From positions 10,602,001 through 10,666,000 of the forward strand of contig OZ024757.1 in the NCBI GenBank assembly GCA_964016885.1: 64,000 bases of DNA, in the 5' to 3' direction. The notes beneath the pieces were generated by a model that ran no database searches, was not told the DNA's origin, and saw only the letters and a list, made by a program, of their open reading frames with translations. The DNA is from Eledone cirrhosa. Lineage: Eukaryota. The translations under genes and the position numbers were made by a program. Numbering within the stretch: position 1 is the stretch's first letter; each line of letters starts with the position of its first letter. Of this stretch, positions 60,001-64,000 are shown one piece after another.

Positions 60001-63000
60001 TTGATGGTGATGGCGGTGGTGGTAGTGTTGATGGTGGTGGCGGTGGTGGTAGTGTTGATGGTGGTGGCGGTGGTGGTAGTGTTGAGTGTGGTGGAGGTGT
60101 TGGTGGTAGTGTTGATGGTGGTGGCGGTGGTGGTGGTAGTGTTGATGGTGGTGGCGGTGGTGGTAGTGTTGATGGTGCTGGAGGTGTTGGTGGTAGTGTT
60201 GATGGTGGTGGCGGTGGTGGTGGTAGTGTTGATGGTGGTGGCGGTGGTGGTATTGTTGAGTGTGGTGGAGGTGTTGGTGGTAGTGTTGATGGTGGTGGCG
60301 GTGGTGGTAGTGTTGATGGTGGTGGCGGTGGTGGTAGTGTTGATGGTGGTGGTAGTGTTGATGGTGGTGGCGGTGGTGGTAGTGTTGATGGTGGTGGCGG
60401 TGGTGCTGGTAGTGTTGATGGTGGTGACTGTGGTGGTGGTAGTGTTGATGGTGGTGGCGGTGGTGGTAGTGTTCATGGTGGTGGCGGTGGTGGTAGTGTT
60501 GATGGTGGTGGTGCTAGTGTTGATGGTGGTGGCGGTGGTGGTAGTGTTGATGGCGGTAGCGGTGGTGGTAGTGTTGATGGTGATGGTGGTGGTGGTAGTG
60601 TTGATGGTGGTGGCGGTGGTGGTAGTGTTGATGGTGATGGCGGTGGTAGTAGTGTTGATGGTGGAGGTGGTGGTGGTAGTGTTGATGGTGGTGGTGGTGG
60701 TGGTGGTAGTGTTGATGGTGGTGGCGGTGGTGGTAGAGTTGATGGTGATGGCGGTGGTGGTAGTATTGATGATGGTGGCGGTGGTGGTGGTAGTGTTGAT
60801 GGTGGTGGCGGTGGTGGTACTGTTGATGGTGGTGGAGGTTGTGGTGGTAGTGTTGATGGTGGTGGCGGTGGTGGTGGTAGTGTTGATGGTGGTGGCGGTG
60901 GTGGTAGTGTTGATGGTGCTGGAGGTGTTGGTGGTAGTGTTGATGGTGGTGGCGGTGGTGGTGGTAGTGTTGATGGTGGTGGCGGTGGTGGTAGTGTTGA
61001 TGGTGGTGGCGGTGTTGGTAGTGTTGATCGTGGTGGTGGTGGTGGCAGTGTTGATGGTGGTGGCGGTGGTGATGGTAGTTTTGATGGTGGTGGCGGTGGT
61101 GGTGGTAGTGTTGTTGGTGGTGGCGGTGGTGGTAGTGTTGATGGTGGTGGCGGTGGTGGTAGTATTGATGATGGTGGCGGTGGTGGTGGTAGTGTTGATG
61201 GTGGTGGCGGTGGTGGTACTGTTGATGGTGGTGGAGGTGGTGGTGGTAGTGTTGATGGTGGTGGCGGTGGTGGTGGTAGTGTTGATGCTGGTGGCGGTGG
61301 TGGTAGAGTTGATGGTGATGGCGGTGGTGGTAGTGTTGATGGTGGAGTGGTGGTGGTAGTGTTGATGGTGGTGGCGGTGGTGGTGGTAGTGTTGATGGTG
61401 GTGGCGGTGGTGGTTGTGTTGATGGTGGTGGCGATGGTGGTAGTGTTGATGGTGGTGGCGGTGGTGGTAGTGTTGATGGTGGAGGTGGCGGTGGTGGTAG
61501 TGTTCATGGTGGTTGCGGTGGTGGTGGTAGTGTTGATGGTGGTGGCGGAGGTGGTAGAGTTGATGGTGATGGCGGTGGTGGTAATGTTGATGGTGGTGGC
61601 GGTGGAGGTAGTGTTGATGGTGGTGGCGGTGGTGGTAGTGTTGAGTATGGTGGAGGTGTTGGTGGTAGTGTTGATGGTGGTGGCGGTGGTGGTGGTAGTG
61701 TTGATGGTGGTGGCGGTGGTGGTAGAGTTGATGGTGATGGTGGTGGTGGTAGTGTTGATGGTGGTGGCGGTGGTGGTAGTGTTGATGGTGGTGGCGGTGG
61801 TGGTGGTAGTGTTGATGGTGGTGGCGATGGTGGTAGTGTTGATGGTGATGGCGGTGGTGGTAGTGTTGATGGTGCTGGCGGTGGTGGTAGTGTTGATGGT
61901 GCTGGCGGTGGTGGTAGTGTTGATGGTGCTGGAGGTGTTGGTGGTAGTGTTGATGGTGGTGGCGGTGGTGGTGGTAGTGTTGATGGTGGTGGCGGTAGTG
62001 GTGGTAGTGTTGATGTTGATGGCGGTGGTGGTAGTGTTGATGGTGGTGGCGGAGGTGGTAGTGTTGATGGTGGTGGTGGTGGTGGTACTGTTGATGGTGG
62101 TGGAGGTGGTGGTGGTAGTGTTGATGGTGGTGGCGGTGGTGGTGGTAGTGTTGATGGTGGTGGTGGTAGTGTTGATGGTGGTGGCGGTGGTGGTAGTGTT
62201 GATGGCGGTAGCGGTGGTGGTAGTGTTGATGGTGATGGCGGTGGTGGTAGTGTTGATGGTGGAGGTGGTGGTGGTAGTGTTGATGGTGGTGGCGGTGGTG
62301 GTGGTAGTGTTGATGGTGGTGGCGGTGGTGGTAAAGTTGATGGTGATGGCGGTGGTGGTAGTGTTGATGGTGGTGGTGGTGGTGGTAGTGTTGATGGTGG
62401 TGGCGGTGGTGGTAGTGTTGAGTGTGGTGGAGGTGTTGGTGGTAGTGTTGATGGTGGTGGCGGTGGTGGTGGTAGTGTTGATGGTGATGGCGGTGGTGTT
62501 AGTGTTGATGGTGGTGGCGGTGGTGGTAGTGTTGATGGTGGTGGCGGTGGTGGTACTGTTGATGGTGGCGGTGGCGGTGGTGGTAGTGTTGATGGTGGTG
62601 GCGGTGGTGGTGGTACTGTTGATGGTGGTGGCGGTGGTGGTAGAGTTGATGGTGATGGCGGTGGTGGTAGTGTTGATGGTGGTGGCGGTGGTGGTAGTGT
62701 TGATGGTGGAGGCGGTGGTGGTAGTGTTGAGTGTGGTGGAGGTGTTGGTGGTAGTGTTGATGGTGGTGGCGGTGGTGGTGGTAGTGTTGATGGTGGTGGC
62801 GGTGGTGGTAGTGTTGATGGTGCTGGAGGTGTTGGTGGTAGTGTTGATGGTGATGGCGGTGGTGGTGGTAGTGTTGATGGTGGTGGCGGTAGTGGTGGTA
62901 GTGTTGATGTTGATGGCGGTGGTGGTAGTGTTGATGGTGGTGGCGGAGGTGGTAGTGTTGATGGTGGTGGTGGTGGTGCTAGTGTTGATGGTGGTGGCGG

Positions 63001-64000
63001 TGGTGGTACTGTTGATGGTGGTGGAGGTGGTGGTGGTAGTGTTGATGGTGGTGGCGGTGGTGGTGGTAGTGTTGATGGTGGTGGTGGTAGTGTTGATGGT
63101 GGTGGCGGTGGTGGTAGTGTTGATGGCGGTGGCGGTGGTGGTAGTGTTGATGGTGATGGCGGTGGTGGTAGTGTTGATGGTGGAGGTGGTGGTGGTAGTG
63201 TTGATGGTGGTGGCGGTGGTGGTGGTAGTGTTGATGGTGATGGCGGTGGTGGTAGTGTTGATGGTGGTGGCGGTGGTGGTAGTGTTGGTGGTGGTGGTGG
63301 CGGTGGTGGTAGTGTTGATGGTGGTTGCGGTGGTGGTGGTAGTGTTGATGGTGGTGGCGGAGGTGGTAGAGTTGATGGTGATGGCGGTGGTGGTAGTGTT
63401 GATGGTGGTGGCGGTGGAGGTAGTGTTGATGGTGGTGGCGGTGGTGGTAGTGTTGAGTATGGTGGAGGTGTTGGTGGTAGTGTTGATGGTGGTGGCGGTG
63501 GTGGTGGTAGTGTTGATGGTGGTGGCGGTGGTGGTAGAGTTGATGGTGATGGTGGTGGTGGTAGTGTTGATGGTGGTGGCGGTGGTGGTAGTGTTGATGG
63601 TGGTGGCGGTGGTGGTAGTGTTGATGGTGCTGGAGGTGTTGGTGGTAGTGTTGATGGTGGTGGCGGTGGTGGTGGTAGTGTTGATGGTGGTGGCTGTGGT
63701 GGTAGTGTTGATGGTGGTGGCGGTGGTGGTGGTGGTGGTAGTGTTGATGGTGGTGGCGGTGGTGATGGTAGTTTTGATGGTGGTGGCGGTGGTGGTGGTA
63801 GTGTTGTTGGTGGTGGCGGTGGTGGTAGTGTTGATGGTGGTGGCGGTGGTGGTAGTATTGATGGTGGTGGCGGTGGTGGTGGTAGTGTTGATGGTGGTGG
63901 CGGTGGTGGTAGTGTTGATGGTGGTGGCGGTGGTGGTAGTGTTGATGGTGGTGGCGGTGGTGGTAGTGTTGATGGTGGTGGTGGCGGTGGTGGTAGTGTT
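1..64000 (-). CDS. Putative internal fragment of a giant Thr-rich mucin-like repeat exon, (NTTTTATTI)n; no start, stop or splice site identifiable; interrupted as given by 12 net -1 frameshifts
   Basis: Minus-strand register AAC ACT ACC ACC ACC GCC ACC ACC ATC. Nearly all length variation is in whole triplets. Many variants are synonymous in this register (ACG, ACA, ACT, GCA, GCT, AAT) or conservative (T>S via TCC/TCT/AGT/AGC, T>I, T>N, I>L). The other five registers contain stops. Coding status is inferred, not proven. Confidence 0.55.
184..19584 (-). CDS. Longest unbroken Thr-register segment (19,401 nt, 6,467 codons) of the putative mucin-like repeat
   Basis: Bounded by the single-G deletions at about 182 and 19585. 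The plus-strand ORFs starting at 182, 2012 and 10283 share one frame, confirming no net indel across the interval. No Thr-register stop was seen. Confidence 0.55.
1070..12400. repeat. Higher-order duplication, offset about 8,271 bp (about 1070-4130 repeated at about 9345-12400)
   Basis: GTCGGTGTAG stop marker ends at 2008/10279, TTCATGG at 3271/11542, and GGCCGTGG near 3468/11739. The offset is 8,274 at GAGTATGG 1097/9371 (one triplet indel). Boundaries are approximate. Confidence 0.85.
4215..9325. repeat. Higher-order duplication, offset 2,844 bp (about 4215-6480 repeated at about 7059-9325)
   Basis: GTTGTGTTGATCG 4411/7255, GGTAGCGG 5557/8401 and ATGGAGG 6387/9231 are all offset by 2,844. 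Boundaries are approximate. Confidence 0.85.
20930..21660. repeat. Small higher-order tandem duplication, period 366 bp
   Basis: GGTCGTAG at 21188/21554, with the same order of GTTAG, GTACTG and AGAG variant units in both copies. Confidence 0.8.
25017..39791 (-). CDS. Second-longest unbroken Thr-register segment (14,775 nt, 4,925 codons)
   Basis: Bounded by deletions at about 25015 (GCG-TGG) and 39793 (TTG-TGG). Track ORFs 25015 and 27370 share a frame. The antisense Gly register has a TAG at 31848-31850, which reads CTA (Leu) in the Thr register. Confidence 0.55.
32880..37960. repeat. Higher-order tandem duplication, period about 2.5 kb (2,538 then 2,511 bp after loss of one 27-bp unit)
   Basis: TGGGGGTAG at 33227/35765 (offset 2,538) and GATTATGG at 34567/37078 (offset 2,511). 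Confidence 0.85.
37986..49559. repeat. Near-perfect higher-order tandem duplication, period 5,782 bp (37986-43767 / 43768-49549)
   Basis: Rare markers are offset by exactly 5,782: GTGTTAGTG 38035/43817, the two deletions (track ORF starts 39792/45574 and 40010/45792), GAGTAGGG 40970/46752, GATGTTGGTGACTGTC 43343/49125. Confidence 0.93.
55862..64000. repeat. Higher-order tandem duplication, period 4,889 bp (about 55862-60750 / 60751 to window end); second copy about 141 bp longer near 63410-63600
   Basis: Markers offset by 4,889: GTATTG 55876/60765, GGAG-TGG deletion 56457/61346, TTCATGG 56616/61505, GTAAAGTT 57444/62333. The offset becomes 5,030 at TGGCTGTGG 58661/63691. Confidence 0.9.

Larger units (their letters stand above)
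1..64000. repeat. Giant minisatellite/VNTR-type tandem array, 27-bp consensus GTAGTGTTGATGGTGGTGGCGGTGGTG with unit-length variants in multiples of 3 bp; extends beyond both window ends
   Basis: The anchor motif GTAGTGTTGATG recurs about every 27-30 bp from base 1 to 64000, separated by (GGT)n/GGC tracts. No non-repetitive interruption was seen. Copy number estimated from length/unit size is about 2,200-2,400. Confidence 0.99.

Noticed and set aside
3-61359. Huge plus-strand Val/Leu/Met ORFs (up to 4,147 aa) in the ORF track
   Set aside because: These are shadow frames of a (GTG)-rich repeat. Thousands of uninterrupted hydrophobic residues are implausible as a protein, the register has internal TAG stops, and the starts are just repeat ATG/GTG triplets.
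52260-61507. Minus-strand ORFs 60476>52260 and 61507>60473 as stand-alone genes (extensin/formin-like or His-rich proteins)
   Set aside because: Their ATGs are rare ATC>ATG repeat variants with no promoter or signal peptide context. The Pro and His parts arise only by reading through single-base deletions.
1-64000. Plus-strand glycine-rich register (GSVDGGGGG)n as the coding frame
   Set aside because: It has TAG stops at 31848, 40969 and 46751, and many variants give scattered Arg/Cys changes that are synonymous in the antisense Thr register. It is less likely but not formally excluded.
1-64000. CRISPR array
   Set aside because: There are no unique spacers between the GTAGTGTTGATG anchors, only (GGT)n tracts. 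There is no leader or cas gene.
1-64000. Telomeric repeat tract
   Set aside because: The sequence is G/T-rich but has no TTAGGG-type unit. Triplet-step length variation and kb-scale inherited variant patterns indicate recombinational expansion, not telomerase templating.
1-64000. Antifreeze glycoprotein or Thr-array ice-binding protein
   Set aside because: The repeat lacks the (Ala-Ala-Thr)n tripeptide of fish AFGPs and the Cys-containing TCT repeats of beetle antifreeze proteins. Thr richness alone is insufficient.
1-64000. Assignment to a named mucin gene or organism
   Set aside because: I do not recognise the NTTTTATTI unit as that of a specific characterised gene, and the window contains no unique domain sequence.

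Overview
The whole 64 kb window is one uninterrupted, strongly strand-asymmetric tandem array that runs off both ends. No unique sequence, conventional gene, RNA gene or mobile element is visible. The basic unit is 27 bp, GTAGTGTTGATGGTGGTGGCGGTGGTG (consensus 15 G, 9 T, 2 A, 1 C), with frequent 30-bp and other length variants in steps of 3 bp, giving roughly 2,200-2,400 units. On the minus strand it reads AAC ACT ACC ACC ACC GCC ACC ACC ATC = NTTTTATTI, a Thr-rich, almost Pro-free, mucin-like repeat with an N-glycosylation sequon (N-T-T) in nearly every unit. By my reading this Thr register is the only one of six with no stop codon away from indel sites. The best interpretation is therefore an internal piece of a giant repeat exon of a eukaryotic mucin-like glycoprotein, though a codon-like minisatellite or decayed exon cannot be excluded. 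The register is broken by 12 net single-base deletions, six of which are the same lesion in the same haplotype context. Rare variant units reveal nested higher-order duplications with offsets of about 0.37, 2.5, 2.8, 4.9, 5.8, 8.3 and 9.1 kb. The long poly-Val ORFs in the supplied track are shadow frames. Organism and gene identity cannot be determined from this window.
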